This document shows positions 22,979 through 37,199 of a stretch of 64,000 nt of DNA, one piece after another; the first letter of the stretch is position 1, and each line of letters begins with the position of its first letter. The translations under genes and the position numbers were made by a program. The notes under the pieces are model-generated. The model saw only the letters and a list, made by a program, of their open reading frames with translations, was not told where the DNA came from and did no database searches. This DNA is from Vicugna vicugna (lineage: Eukaryota): positions 372,001 to 436,000 of the forward strand of contig MU057711.1 in NCBI GenBank assembly GCA_013265495.1, in the 5' to 3' direction.

Positions 22979-24909
22979 TCATGAGTGTCGTGTTATTTGA
23001 GGAGTGTCTCATCCCTCCCTCGCCATGATCTCTGAAGATTCAGGAAGGCCTCTTTCCAGCCTTCTTTGCCCTTCCTCCTCTGAACCGTGGGAGTGAAACA
23101 CTTAAGTCTTCACCCTTCCTTTGGGAATAATCTCCCCGCCCTGGCTCTGAGAGCCCCCTCTGTGCACTCAGCCCACCCACATGAGGATGGCGCCTGGGTG
23201 AACCCATGTACCACTGGGGTGTCCCGTGCTGGGTGCCAGAGCTGGTATCTATCCTCACAGCCTCTCTGCTTTCTGCAGACAAAGTCTTCTCCCTTCAGTC
23301 CCTGAGAGCTTCAGATTTTCCCACAGTGTCTCAGCTTTTTTCATTCACTCTTACTGAAAGTTCCAGCTGCCTGCTCCTGCAAACCACCTCCTCTAGGAAA
23401 TGTCCTCTGAGTCATTGACAGCACAGCGACGATTCTCCCCAGAGACAGAGCCCACTCTAAGCCCAGCTCACTCTTCTCATCTTCGTGGGCTGAGGAGGAA
23501 ACTGCCTCTGAAGGCTGGAGTTTCTGGGGCCTGGAGGGCTACCGTAACCGGCCAGGAGAGATGGAGGAGCTCCCCAGGCTCTGCCCTAGGAGAGTGTTCT
23601 ACAGCCCTCATGCAAGTTCTTGGACTCCTGGAACTCAGAATTCCAAGGGACACCAAGACAGACTCATACTTTTGTTGAGATTGTGTGGACATCATAAGGC
23701 CACACAGCTGGAGCAGGAAGAGGGACTAGACTTGGGTCTTCTTCATCTTGGTCAGAAGCGTGGCTGGAGGAGCTGTTCTCTCTCCAAGCAAGGCCATCCT
23801 CCAAAAGAGCATGGCTTTGATTCTCTCTCTCCCTCTCACTGTGAAAGCAAAGGCCAGGCTGTCCAGATGCAACTGGAACGTTAACCTAAGGAGAGAACCA
23901 TAGAGAAGGTGGTTGGGGCAGGGGTGGGGGTTTCCTGACTTCCTCTCTCACAACTCCAGTCCTGCTCGCTGGGTGCTGGAACCGGGCTCTGTCTCTGCTT
24001 GCAGCATGGTGTGTTCCCTTCCCTGTATCCTGGTGCTTCTTTTTGAGGTGGGTTAGCGTCCCATTGGCATCACTGCTTCCTTAAGTATAACCGGCCTGAA
24101 GATTTTGGGTCTCAGATCTATTTGTTTGATGGCTCCCTGAATCTCACCATGCAGGAGTTACACACTTGATTTTAAGGGTACAAATGTACAGACTATGGAT
24201 GCTATTAGAAGAAGCCAAGCATTTCTTGTCCTCTGGGAGGCAAGGCAAGTACTTATTCAGAACCCAGGACAGTTCTTGCCTTTCCCTCCCCTTGTAGAGT
24301 GTTTATAAACAGGTTGAACTCTTTCCAGATGTGTTGGATTTCTATTCTTTTGTGAATTAAAGCAAGGTGTCAACTTGGTTTGGGGGATCTCTGGTGTGTA
24401 AGAGGGCCACATTCTAAAGTGTTAAAAGATTCTTTAATAAAAGATGAAAGAAAAATGCAAGTAGCAGTGAGGAGATTTTTTTTTCTTTTCAGTTAAGGAA
24501 CTTGGAATTCGGAACACTTACATGTGAAATTCAGCTGCAGCATATCTGGATATAAATAATACACTGAAATTTTTATGCAGTTAAGCATTACAGGAGTCAG
24601 ACAAGCTCTGCAAGGATTTGCATTTAATTCTGCTTTTTAAAAAATGTGTTAACTAAAAGTAAAAGAATTTTAAGCATATAAACTAAGACAGTAAGGAGAA
24701 CTTGCAGCGCAGAGTGATCTTTTTAATTTAGTGCTTGTGTCTTAAACCATTCATGGGGTTAATTTACAGGAAAAGGTAGCCCTGAGGGTGGGAGGAGGAG
24801 GAGGCCCCACTCCCTTGGCCCTCACCTTCACCTGGATCCATCATTTGGGGTGTCTTCCTTCTTGTGGGTAGGACAGCTCTGAGCAGGCATCCAACAGCTG
24901 GTCAGTGAC

Positions 24910-25291
24910 TGTATCAGTTTTCTAGGGCTTTGTAACAAATGGCACAGGCTGGGTGGCTCAGACAACAGAAATTGTCTTCTTTTAGTTCTTGGAGGCTGGG
25001 AGTCCCGGATCACGATGTTGGCAGGATTGTTGTCTCCCAAGGCCTCTCTCCTCGGCTTGCAGACAGCCGCCTTCTCCCTGTGTCCTCACATGGTCTTTTC
25101 TCTGTGCACACACACTGCTGGCGTCCCTTCCTCTTCTTATAAAGACACCAGTACCACTGGATCAGGGCCCCACCCTTATAACTTCATATAACCTTAATTA
25201 CCTCTTTAAAGGCCCAGTCTCCAAATACAGTCACACTGGCGGTTAAGGCTGTGATGTATGAGTTTGGGAGCACACAATTCTGTCCACAACA
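24910..25291 (-). mobile_element. MLT1A/B-type solo LTR
   Basis: tgtatcagttttctagggct..aacagaaatt..cttataaagacaccagt..tctccaaatacagtcaca..cacaaca. Confidence 0.9.
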
Positions 25292-25904
25292 TTGATCATG
25301 GTCTTAGAGGTGCTGGGTGGGGGTGTCCTCAGATAGTTGTCTTGAATCTACTTCTCTTTTCCTTCCCTTCATTTTGCCTGAATGTATTATACAACCTTTT
25401 AGGTCTTGGTTTCCTCCTGCAATAAAAGGTGGAATGGAATTAAAAAGTGATATTTATGATCTGTTTCAATTCTGGGGTTCCAGCTGATCTTCCAGGTTCA
25501 TACTCAGCAGACACACGTGTTTCTAGGATTTAGACCAACTCCATTTGCAGCTGAGTTTGAAGCCATGGCAACTCTCAACTTATCTAGTAACAAATGTATA
25601 TTCCAGACCCTATGCTGGGTACCAGGGATGTAAAGCTGATCGCAACCCAGCCCTTTTCACAGGGAGCCCCCAGGCAGGTAAAGCAGAGACTGCTCTATGT
25701 ACAAGTGCTGGGTTGGATGAGGAGAAGGAGTTTCAAGGGGCACAGCTCTGCCTGGAGCTTGGAAAGATGGGGCAGCACTCACTCTGTGCCATCCGTCCCC
25801 TGTGCCAAGTGCCCAGTCAGCTTGGCACAGCAGCCCAGCCACACTCTGTGCCCCAGACTGGTGTTGTCTCCTTTAGTCACATGATCTCACTGTGGCATAG
25901 GCAA

Positions 25905-26455
25905 TTTTTTTTTGTATTAAGGTAAATTTTATATGACATAAAATTCAGTAATTTAAGGCATATAATCCAGTTTTGGCTGTGTAACTATCACCACTATCTA
26001 GTTTCAAACATTCTTATCACTTCAAAAAGAAACTGCCACACACACCCCATTTCCCACGCTTCAGCCCCTGGCAACCACTAATCTCTGCCTTCTTTCTCTA
26101 TGAATTTACCTGTTCTGGACATTTCATATAAGTAGTATCACGTAATATGTGTTCTTTTGTGTCTAGCTTCCTTCACTTAACATCTTTAAGGGTCATCTAT
26201 GTTGTGTGTATCTGTATTCCAGTCCTCGGTATGCCTGAATAATACTCCATTTTATTGCTATACCACATTGTGTTTAGCAATTCATCAGTTAATGGACATT
26301 TAGATTGTTTCTATTTTTGGTTACTATGAATAATGTTGCTATGAACACTCGTGTACAAGTTTTTATTTGAAGATGTGTTTTAATTTTCTTGAGCATGTGC
26401 CTAGGAATGGAATTTCTGGATCATGTGGTAACTCTGTGTTTAATATTTGGGGAAC
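25905..26455 (-). mobile_element. L1MB 3' end
   Basis: cagcccctggcaaccactaatct, ttctggacatttcatata, ctatgaataatgttgctatgaaca. Confidence 0.85.
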
Positions 26456-26859
26456 AATTACTTTTATTCTTGCTGAAAGATGAGGAAATTGCAGGCCTGA
26501 GACTCTAGCCCAGAACCTCTCATTCTGGAGCCTGTGCACTGAACCTCTCCACCACACTACCTCAGAGGAACGCTTGAGCTGGATTCTGAAGGGCTGGAAG
26601 CTATCTTGATTGGTGGTGTCAGGAAGGGCATTCTGGGCAGATGTGTTAAGCCTTAGAAGTATGAGACAGATCTTTGCACTTGCAGGAAGAGGTAGTTGAA
26701 GATGTCCGGAGCCTGGGAATTTTTCTGAGCAGAATTGCCAGGGGAGAGGTGGAAGGAGCCAGACCCCAATGGACCTTGTATACCATACTCAGAAATTGAG
26801 TGCAGAAACATTTTAAGTTGAAGAGTAAGTGTGAAAAACATACGTATGTAAAACAAAAT

Positions 26860-27175
26860 GAAAACCAGAACTTAAATGAAAAGGCAAACACCAGGAAAAA
26901 ATATTTGCAAGCCACATGACATTGGGTTACTAGTTTTGTTACATAGAGAACTCCTAAAACTGATTATGAAAATATTTAAAACCAAACTAGATAAATGGGC
27001 GAAGGACATGAACAGATGATTCACAAAATAAGAAATGCAAAGGAGTAAACAAACATATGGAAAAATGTGCAACTTCAAGTATAATCAAAGACACGCAGAT
27101 TTAAACCACAGTAAGGGAACCATTCTTTGCCTATCAGATTAGCCAATGTTTGTCAGAATGATAACAGTTGATTCC
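26860..27175 (+). mobile_element. L1ME-type ORF2 fragment
   Basis: gaaaaaatatttgcaa, aaatgggcgaaggacatgaacaga, cctatcagattagc. Confidence 0.7.
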
Positions 27176-29069
27176 TGCATATCTTTGGTATGTTCAAATC
27201 CCGGATGTCAAATGCTCCTTTCCCTGTAACTCCCTAATTCCAGTTCTCGTCCTCAACTCCCTCAGAAGCTACATCTGTATATTGTTTACAATAAAGAAAA
27301 AAATTGTAAACAAGAAGGTAGAGGGTGCAGGTGACCAAAGTTCAGAACATCATTCGTGTGGACACAAGAAAGGTCGTCCAGCCCCAACTTCTCTTTGGCG
27401 CTTCAGAACTACCCTATGCCAAACTCCTTATTGTTTCCTCCCAGTCTGCTTTGCCACACTCATTTTCATTTTCATTGATGGTATCCCTGGCTAACTTTGC
27501 AATCCAGCCTGAAAATCTCCACCTGAGTCTGCTTGCCAGAGAACTAACCCAAGATAAACGATACTTCAGGGGCTTCCATTTCCATCCCAATGTTTTCACT
27601 TGATTGGAAAAGCGTTCTTTAGAAACAGCTACCGAGTTCAACTCCACAGATTTTTGAAGATCCTTTTGTCATTTTGGAATTTTGTGAGTGACTCCAAGGC
27701 CAAATGGTCCCACCTTCCCACCTGTGACCTGAGTGATTTTTTTTTTGATAATGATTGATAAATTGTCACGTATTTGAGTCATATATATTTTGTCACATAG
27801 AGGTCTGAAATTAAACTAGATTTAGCAGTGAACCAGGAGAGAGCAGAAATATTTGAAATTTTGGTCCCTCTCTCAATTAGCACATTTTTTAAGGAAAACT
27901 TTAAACTTTTAAGGAGAACTCCAACTTCTGAAGGACAGATGGCTTTGACCAGACATGTTTTTGTTCCGAGTTAGTTGAGTTAGAGGGATGAGGGTCTGTT
28001 TACCTCAGATCAGCACTGAAGACAAGGCTACGATTTGGGAGAGGTGGCCAAACTGTGTTTGGGATTTTCAATTCATGGCTTAGGGTACCAATTGTTTATT
28101 TGGGATAGCGAAGGCAGAGGTGGGCAGACATCCAACCATCATGGTATTTGCCCCTGAATGTTCCCTCCCAGCAACACTCTTCCCTTGCTTTAAAGATGTG
28201 GACAGCTGTGATGGGGCGCTGATAGGCAGATGGAATCTGTGGGAGCGCTCTTGGAAAGTTATCATTAGAACGCCCTTTTATCTTTAGAATTAACCTCAGT
28301 TCCTTTTTCTCCAACAGGCGCCAACAAGACTCCTTCTCTATAGCAGTCGCTTTAGCTTGGCCTCTTCCTCCACATCCCTATTCATGTTGTGTCAGATTTT
28401 CTCCAGGTTCCTCAGTTCATTGTTTCATAGAATTGGTTTTTTTTTTTAAATATTTGTGAATTTATTTTGCAGGCAGACATAGCAATTATGGACAAGATTG
28501 ACTATTAGGAGAAATTCTACCCCCCAACCCCGTTTCTCCTCTCCAGGCATGCAGCTGAATAGCACATCACACATTAAATCAAATGAGCAGGCGTTAGCAT
28601 CAGTCATAAACAATTTACACTGCGGAAACTGTTGCCATCTTGCCAAATCCCCCCAAACACTCGATGTGAATTCCAGCTCACCATGCTAGTTAATTCAGAA
28701 CAAGAAATATCCCCCAAAGCAGAACTCTTCCACACTGATGGAGAGTCACACAGACATTTAAAAATCCTTTAATATCCGTCCTTTGATTAGCTCAAGAAGA
28801 TTTCTTTGCCAAAAATATCCATCCTGCTATTTTTAGCTTAAGAAGATTTCTTGGCCAAAGACTACTTCCAAAATTCATCACTGTCTGAGAAAAAGGGGGC
28901 ATGGAGTCACATGGAAATTAGTGCTGTCTGACTCATCTTTGAAACCCCAGCATCTAGCAGAGCAGGGCATGTTGTACGATATTGGGTTAAATCCTAACGT
29001 GCTCCTACCATGCATAAGTTAATTCAGGAGTTCACAGAGGTGACTGAGACAATTTCAGTGCATTCGAAG

Positions 29070-29434
29070 TGTTTTAGGTGGGCTGCTATAACCAAAAATA
29101 CCGCAGATTGTGTAACTTATAAATGACAGAAATTGATTCCTTACAATTCTAGAAGCTAGGAGACTGATACCAGCTTAGTTAAAGTCTGATGAGGGCTCTT
29201 TTCCAGGCTGCAGGCTGCCAACTTTTTGTTGTATCCTCACATGGTGGAGAACAGAGAGCAAGCTCTTTGGTGACACTTCCACGGGGACTAATCCCATTCA
29301 ACACGGCTCCACCCTCACTACCTCATCTAATCCTAATTACCTCTCAAATTCTTTACCTCTTAATGACATCACATTGCAGGGGTGGGATTTCAATATATAA
29401 ATCTTGGGAGTACACACACATTCAGTCCTTAACA
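29070..29434 (-). mobile_element. MLT1A-type solo LTR
   Basis: gggctgctataac..ctcacatggtggaga..ggctccaccctca..cacattcagtccttaaca. Confidence 0.85.
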
Positions 29435-29859
29435 CCGAATAATGCCCATTCCATGTGCTTTTGCAACCAACTTTCTAAGAATGGAAATTGCCCAAGGTTG
29501 GTAGGTAGGAGAACAGTGAACCAGATTTTGAATGTAACACTGTTTGATTCCAAATTTAATAATCTCTCTCTCTCACCATGCTGGAAGATATTTTTTCAAT
29601 ATCTGCCCTTGGCAGATTTTTTTGTTTTTTGGTCTCAGACGCATGTGTGTTTTTGCTTTTTGAAACACTTCTCCCTGCATTCAGAGTCTCCTAGTCAGAC
29701 ACCCTATGTTTTCACTCTGCCTGGACCGCAATGAACAGATAGAGGGAGTATGACGAATAGATTTCAATTAAGATTCTGTCTTCATAAAGAGTATTTGCAT
29801 TTTATGTGAGAAATCTGAAAAAGTCAACACTAAGTCACTGAAATATGTTTTCTCAACAG

Positions 29860-30352
29860 TCTGAGTGTCGCTCTCTGTCTTAAAATCCCCTAATTGGCCT
29901 CCCATGGCACATGGAATACAATTCCAGTTTTACACCAGGGCCTGGAAGGCTCTGCATGATCTGGTCTCCGCCCACCTCCCTGACTCCATCTCAGTCTGCT
30001 CTCTCTCTGTGGTTCATGCCATACCAATCTGCACTCTGGGCGCTCAGAGCCTTACCTAATGCTTTTCCCTCAGATGTTTTCCATGGCTTCCTCCTTCTCT
30101 CATTTGCCTTCCTTTATCACCCAGTCCAAAGTTGCCCCTGTTCCTAGCCCACTCTCTATCTCATGATCTTTTCATTTCTTTATAATACATACCATTAATT
30201 TATTTATTTCTGTGTGTCTGTCTCTTCCACTAGGATGTAACCTCCCTGTTTGCAGGAACCTATTTTCCTTTTTCACTGTTGGAATCCCACATGCCCAGAA
30301 CACTGCCTGGCACATTGTAGGTGCATATTAAATATCTGTAAAATGTGTTAAT
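29860..30352 (+). mobile_element. L2 3' end
   Basis: aaggctctgcatgatctgg, ccactaggatgtaacctcc, agaacactgcctggcacattgtaggtg. Confidence 0.8.
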
Positions 30353-30449
30353 GTCTCCCCTCTTCCCACATTTTATAGACTGGAAATCCTTGGCTCAAAT
30401 CTAAAAAGCTCTACTCCTATTGGAATTTCTCGATGTCTCTTAAAACAAA

Positions 30450-31180
30450 TATTTTTTGCATAGGTAAAAAAGTTAATTGTGGAAATTTCAGAGATACAGA
30501 TAAACAAAGAAGAAAATAAAAATACTTTATGGTCCCACATCCATAGGGTACTACTATTAACATTTTGGTAAGTATTCTTTGATATAGATTAGATAGACAA
30601 AAAGAAGATACATGATTTAATACTGTGTATCCTGTTTTACAGCAATATTTTTCACTTAGAAAGTTACTAGGTGTTTTTTCCTATGTCAAATATATTTTTT
30701 ACAGCTTTTCAAAATAGTACATAATATTATATAATTGTGGGTTTGTATCACAATTTATGACTACTTTTTTGTTGGACTTTTAGATAATTTCTATTGCCTT
30801 TGTGATTATAAGCAATACTGTAAAAGAAAGCTTGTCGATAAATGTTTATGCATATCCTTATCTATTTCTTCACGAAAAGTCCGAGGAATTGGAATTGCTG
30901 GGTCACACAGCTTAAGGTCTTTTGATCCATGTTGCTACGTAGTCCAATTTGTACGACCATCAGCAGCTCAATTTTCTCTATGCTCATATACTTTGAGTAA
31001 TAGTATTTAAAAACATATTTTTTAAAATTCTCATGGGTGGAAATGGCATCTTGCTGTTCTCATTTGCCTTTCTTATATTACTGGTGAGATTGGATATTTT
31101 TTCAAGTCTTTTTGGCCATTTGCATCTTTCATCACTTAACTTCCTTCTCATAATCCTTGTCTACTCTCCTGTTTGATAGT
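30450..31180 (-). mobile_element. L1ME-type 3' end
   Basis: ataaacaaaagaagaaaataaaa, tattaacattttgg, ggaattgctgggtca, tcttttttggccatttg. Confidence 0.7.
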
Positions 31181-31379
31181 TTTAAAAACTAGGTCTCTGA
31201 CTCTAAATTCAATGCTTTCTTTGAATTACAAGGAATAGCTTTTATGAAAATAGGCTTGCGTCCAGGACTGGTCCTTAGGCTGTAATGTGGTTTTTGCCCT
31301 TCAGGCCCTTTCCCCTCGGGCTCCCAGTGTTTCCAATTCTAGCTGTAATAACTCCCTAGTGTCTTTGTTGCTTTATAGC

Positions 31380-31550
31380 TTCCACATTACCTCATTCAAT
31401 TCTTAAAGTGTCTGGAGAGGCAGAAGGGACAAACCATGCTGTTTATATAACAGAGGAAATGGAGACACACTGAGGCCAAGGGACTTAACCAGGATGACAA
31501 ACTAGTACCTAAGTCAAGGTAAATCTTGAGCCAGGATTTCTTAGGAGTCT
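31380..31550 (-). mobile_element. MIR
   Basis: ctcattcaattctta, acagaggaaatggagacac..gacttaaccagg. Confidence 0.6.
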
Positions 31551-31854
31551 AGTGGGAAAGTGATCTGATAAACTAATCACATTGATGGTTAATGACTCTT
31601 ATCATGTATTACTTTTCCAGAGTTATTTGCATTTAAATAGAGGAACCTGAAATAATCACCACCTTGTATGCCTTGTCAAGCCAGGGGAAGAACTATTTTG
31701 GGGTCTGTGGCCTGCCTACCCCTTAAATCCACCGACTTCATCTATACATGTTCCCGGCACTGCTGTCTCAACATGGGTTGACTTGAAACGCCAGCTATGA
31801 CAATCTGCCTGGACACAACGTAATGCCAAAACCATGCAGAAAATAGGGGCTGTT

Positions 31855-31957
31855 TCTCTTTCTTCTCCTTCTCCTCCTCCCCCTCCTCGTCTTCCTCTTC
31901 CTTCCTCTCCTTCCACCCTCCTCCTCCTCTTTCTCTCTCTTCCTTTTTCTCTCCTCT
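31855..31957. repeat. CT-rich low-complexity polypyrimidine tract
   Basis: About 100 nt almost exclusively C/T. Confidence 0.85.
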
Positions 31958-32927
31958 TATTTATCAAGTGTCTTCTAGGTACAGAAAACTGTTTCCCATT
32001 TTCTTCACAAAATTACTCAGACCTCGTTTTCTTTTTGCTGTGGTTAGAAAGTTGCTAAGTGCCTCTGGGTAATGTTTTCTAAGCACCCAGAAGAACAATA
32101 ACCAGTCAGCTAGAAGGCTAGAGGTCACTGAGCAGCAGGGACAGCTCCCCTCTGCCGACCCACCGTCTGGTGACTTCAGTTTCCTCACAACTTCCTTGGC
32201 CCAATGACCCTATGTGGTAGACCCACCACGGATCCTTAGTGGACACTGTGCCCCATCAGAGCAGGTGGGGGGATCTCTGAACACCACCTCCCCAGTGCTC
32301 TTATTTTGTAGTAACATTTTATATTGTACAAAAATCACAAAGCTGTATCAAGACCCCTCTGGGGTGTATTCCCTCTTACCCTGGATTCTGACCTTCCACT
32401 GCCATCTCTACCTTAGTTTTCTCCCTGACAGAGTCCACCTTAGTAACTAAACATCTTATGAGATGAGGTTTGCAATCTTTTTTTATGATTTTTTTTTTGC
32501 AATAGTGTTCTTTTAATAATGATTGAAGAGAATTATTTCAGAGACTGTCTAATGCTTGGTCTGTAGTTTCTTTGGTTTTTTTCTGTTATCATCTTTTGAG
32601 GAACTTTCTAAAGGTCTTTGTTGATACATTAATTTTCGTGGAATTCACATACCAATGCTAGGAATCCCGAGGCTCAAAGCAGACTGGTATAGTATAGCAC
32701 TATGAGTTTTTCCTTTTTGCGAATACTTGAGGTCATACACAGTCAACTGTAAATTGGCTGGAATGAGGGAGATCACAGATAGATCCATACTTTGATTTAA
32801 AAAGTTAATTTTTTATCCTGTGGTGGATTAACCAAGGTCAAGATAAGAAAATACTGGGAGTGGTCTCATATCTCCTGAGGGAAATAATCAGGCAGCAGAT
32901 AATCACTGTTAATTGACACCTCTAACT

Positions 32928-32928
<1 letters not shown>

Positions 32929-32972
<44 letters not shown>
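32929..32972. repeat. (GT)22 microsatellite
   Basis: Direct count. Confidence 0.95.
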
Positions 32973-32975
<3 letters not shown>

Positions 32976-34126
32976 AGCAAAAGGGAGGTCACACGCTCTG
33001 TATGAGTTAGGATCAGTCTTAACTCATCCTGCATCTTTTCATTTTTCTCAAGTTTATTCTCCATCAAATTGTGACAATCATCCCTGTCTTATAAATCAAA
33101 TAGGGTAGAAGTCGAGTTTAAAATGGAACCTCTTTGAGAAGACAGTACCATGCCAATGCGAAGGATTTTGATTCCTGCTGTTTATTGGGGTAGATGGGCT
33201 CACACTGGGATCCAGAGTGCATGTTGGCAGGTTCTCAGAGCTGGATAACTAAGACATCAGGACCCCATACTGAAGTGCCTTCATCTTTGAAGAAAATCTT
33301 TCAGAAGGTAGAATGGCAGATGCCTGGGAATTGATTTTTGAAACACAGCCTTTTTCAAGTATGAAAGGAGCCCACATAACTTGTTTCAGAGAAAGACATG
33401 TTGCAACCACAAGCCTCAGCTCTCAGAGCGTCCCTGGCAGTTTCACACCCATAAGCAAGGGTGGCAGAGATGCCCAGAGAAGCAGGAGGGCACCAGCCTC
33501 ATGGCAAGCAGCTGCTTCTGCTGGAGCCAGAATGATAATTTTCCTCGCATTTTGTCAGAGGCAACGTGTTATTTTGGTAACTCTTTACTTTCCACACTGC
33601 AGCTTCCCATGTAATTACTGAATGCAATTAGGTATTCCATGCTGCAGAATTACTCAGCTATCTGTGCCTCTGAAAGATATGAAAATAAATAATCATGAAA
33701 GTGCATGGTGAAAAACCTCCATCCACCCAAAGAATAAGTCCAGGTTTTCTACCTACCTGACCGTGTGCCTGAATCAGACAAAATAAAATTTGAACATTTG
33801 GGGTTTTTCCTCCATCTGCTGTACGTGCACATGGGTGAAATTTAACGTTTGCACAGAGGAGCAAACTGGCTTGGTTGACTTTTATCTGTCATCTTAAGCT
33901 ATGGTTTCCTGTTCTGGTTTGTGCAGGCATCCAAATACAATCTCTCTATGGCATGAAAAAAAGGAGTGATGGATGAAGGTGCAAAGATAATCCACACAAC
34001 CAGTTTAACTAACTAGTGCACAGGAAGTTGGAAGGTCCACACTGAGTTCTTTATTTTGCACCAAGAGAAAGCCAATAGCAAGGCATATTAAAATAGAGAA
34101 AGGGCTTTAGTTTTTATACACATCTA

Positions 34127-34703
34127 TGTTAACAAGGATTCTTTTGATTGCAAGTGACAGAAACCCAATTCCAGCCAGCTTAAGCAAAGCAGGGGATTTA
34201 GGAACATCATACTGGGGCACCTTTAGAGAATGAAAACCAGCTGCAGGGATATGTGAAGCTCAAAGCTGGGAACTGGCGACTTGATACCACGACTCTGTCT
34301 CCCTCTCTTCATCTCTTAATCTTTGTTTTTTCTCTCTGCTTTGGCTTCATTCTTTTCTTTGCCAGAAAAGTTTTCTCCATTTGGCAGTGATCACTCTTGC
34401 TGAAAACTCTGGGGTCACATCACGTGGAGCATCTGTCAAAGGGAAGAGGGAGTCTTCCATGCTAGTTCTGTCAGGAAGAAAAAGAAGCCAAAGCCTCTGG
34501 TTGGCCTAGATTGGGTCAAGTCCCTTTCCCTGGACAAGTTTCTGGCTTGAGGATTAGGTGATGGTACTAAGATTGGCCCAGCCTGGGTCATACACCCAAC
34601 TCTGTCCAGGGAACAAAGGTTTGCAACCAGAAGAAGGTGGCGGCTGGGACAGGAGAAAGCAGAAAGCTGGTCAGATGACAACAGTAGCACCAAAGCACCC
34701 ACA
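34127..34703 (-). mobile_element. MLT1K-like LTR
   Basis: ttgcaagtgacagaaacccaa..agcttaagcaaa; gattggcccagcctgggtcatacaccca. Confidence 0.75.
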
Positions 34704-35275
34704 TACGACTTTGTGTAAACTTGGAGAGCATCTTCAAGGCCTGAGAGAATAACCAAAAGGATACTGACATGATATCATTTAGTGTAGCATCTTAGAGTTC
34801 AGTTTCCTATTCTTGGAATATGTGTTTTCTTTTGTGACCAGGGCCCAGGTGAGGCCACATAGAAATCTGTAAAAATTTTAGGCAGAATTATTTTCAGAAG
34901 AAATCCAATATCAAAACCCTGGGTATTGTGGAATCGAATGATGGTGGTGAGGACAAATAATGCCTCAGGGAGCCAGCTGTCTGAGTTGTCTTGTTGGGTT
35001 CACGTTAAGCAAGGCAGCCGCGGAAAAAAACCACGTTGGCTGTTTGCTCCCACTCTGAAGTCTTGGTGATGGGGAGGTCTGTGTTTTCTTGCCTCATTTA
35101 TAGATTAATTTTATTTTTATTTCTCTCTCTAGGTAGATAGGTTCACAGGCAGATAGACAAAAATAATTGCCCAATGATACTCTACTTTCCAAAAACAGTC
35201 ACAAATCAAATGTAGGAATTTGGGTGTTTCTATTGGATTGTAAATCTCACATTGCTTGATCTGAATAGTCCCAGG

Positions 35276-35720
35276 GTCTTAGTTTAGTTTCCCCAGAAAG
35301 TAAAGCCTGAAGCAAAGTTCATGTGCTATCTCTTTAGTAGTGAATTCAATCCTAGGGGGCAAGCGTGAGGGACAGGGAAGCAGGGCAGAGGAGGGAAAGC
35401 CAGGATGAGGGTGCCTTGATAAGCTGACCACCCTTGGTAAATGTAACTGATCGCTCTATCTCATGGGACCGTCTTCTACAATGCCAAATAAAAAGATGCT
35501 TCTTAGAACAGCCCATTTGGTTCAACAAGAGAGAAGAATTTCTGCCAGATCCCATCTCCCATTGGTCAAATGCTTGACCTACAGGGCTTGAATGCCCTCA
35601 TATTTGCAGACTGTGCAGCGTGGATCCCTTGGTGTCAAATGGGGAAGTCCCAGGACAAGAGGGTGAAGGTGGGAGGTGCAGGCCTGAGGCAAGGCTCTGC
35701 CAGGTTGTGTTTGAGTGGGG
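35276..35720 (-). mobile_element. LTR16-like ERVL LTR
   Basis: gtcttagtttagtttccccagaaag..gcctgaagcaaag..gtgagggacagggaag..gggaaagcca. Confidence 0.6.
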
Positions 35721-36846
35721 CTGAGTCAACCTGAGCTGGTCCCTGCTGTGCTGACCAGGGCTGGAATGAGTGTCTCAAGGCCCTGGTCAGGTGAGGCTGC
35801 GAGGACGGATGTGATGTACGAGGGGCCCCTCCTCCCCCAAGAATCAAAGTCTCAAAACCTTGGGAAGACCTCAGACATACTTTCAGAGAAGCGGATTAAA
35901 ACCCAGAGAGTTTAAGGGACTTGCTAAAAACCAAAAACCAAATACTTCCCAGCCAGTTATTCCACTTAGTGACAGAGCTTAAAACCTGTCCCGTTCCCAG
36001 CTCTGTCTGTTCATTCACTTCCCCGGCTTCCCAAACATCAGACCCCCATTTGTGGCAAAATTTCCCAAACACCTTCTGAGGTGAGAAACAGAAGTCAACA
36101 CCTCCTAAATATTCATGAGCTGTTTAACGGTTCAATCTCGTTGGGTAGCAATACGTCTATCAGGATCTATTTATTCTCCTTACTTCAGTGCTATTCTGGA
36201 ACGATGCATTACAAACAATTTATGATGTGTTGACAGGACAGATGAATGCTAGGATAATAGGCTGAAGAGGAGAAAATCTCACCACGGCAAACAGCATGCA
36301 GAGGCGTGACTCTGAGAAAGTGGATGGGAATGATATTGATGGCTTGCGTGCTTGGTCATTCATGTGCCAGCCGGCAGCCCTGCTAGTTTTGTGCCACAGC
36401 AGTTGTGTGTCTACCTGCCTCTGCTAGCCCTGGGTGTCTTCACGGTACAACCTGTTGAACTTCTACTTCCCCAAAGGAGGGTGGGATGGCTGGGAAGGTG
36501 CAGCTGTCAGCAGTCTGGGAGCATGAACATTCCTAATGCCTTAGTAACTTTTGGATGGAGATGTCACCTTTCTTAGCCAACCCAAAAGCCATCTGACTCA
36601 AGTTCTGGCTGAAGATTAAGTTTCCAAAAGTCAAGGCTAGTAGCCTAGGCTAAGGAATCTTATCATTTAGAGCTGCTGTTTTGAAATTGTGTCTGAGAAC
36701 AGAACCAGAGCATCCTCTCAAAATGCTGAGCATTAACCCTTCTCCTCCATTCACGGTGATAATGGACACTGACTACTCACCCAGAGTTAGGACAGAACTC
36801 CGCTCTTTCAGTCTTACGCACCTCTCCTATTAAAAGGCCAAAGCAC

Positions 36847-37104
36847 GGGAGGGAGGGGGTAGGAAGGGATAAATTGGGACTTCAAGATTTGCAGATACTA
36901 ACCACTGTATATAAAATAGACAAACAACAAGTTCATACTGTAGAGCACAGGGAACTATATTCAATATCTTGTAGTGACCTATAATGAAAAAGAATATGAA
37001 AATGAATATAGGTATGTATATGTCTGCCTGAAACATTGTGCTGTACACCAGAAATTGATACATTGTAAACTGACTATATTTCAATAAAATATATATATAT
37101 ATTT
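36847..37104 (+). mobile_element. Lineage-specific L1 3'UTR (5'-truncated)
   Basis: gggataaattggga..agcacagggaactatattcaatatcttgtag..ccagaaattga..aactgactatatttcaataaa; same type as 8300-8543. Confidence 0.9.
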
Positions 37105-37199
37105 TAAAATGCCCAAAATAGGTAAGCAAAAATCATGCTGATCTTTTGTTTTCTTCCCAGGATACACATTATGGAAAAAAAATATTTGTTAAGCACTTG

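Noticed and set aside
29189..29734. 181-aa ORF
   Set aside because: Reads through an antisense MLT1A LTR and a MIR fragment; chance ORF.
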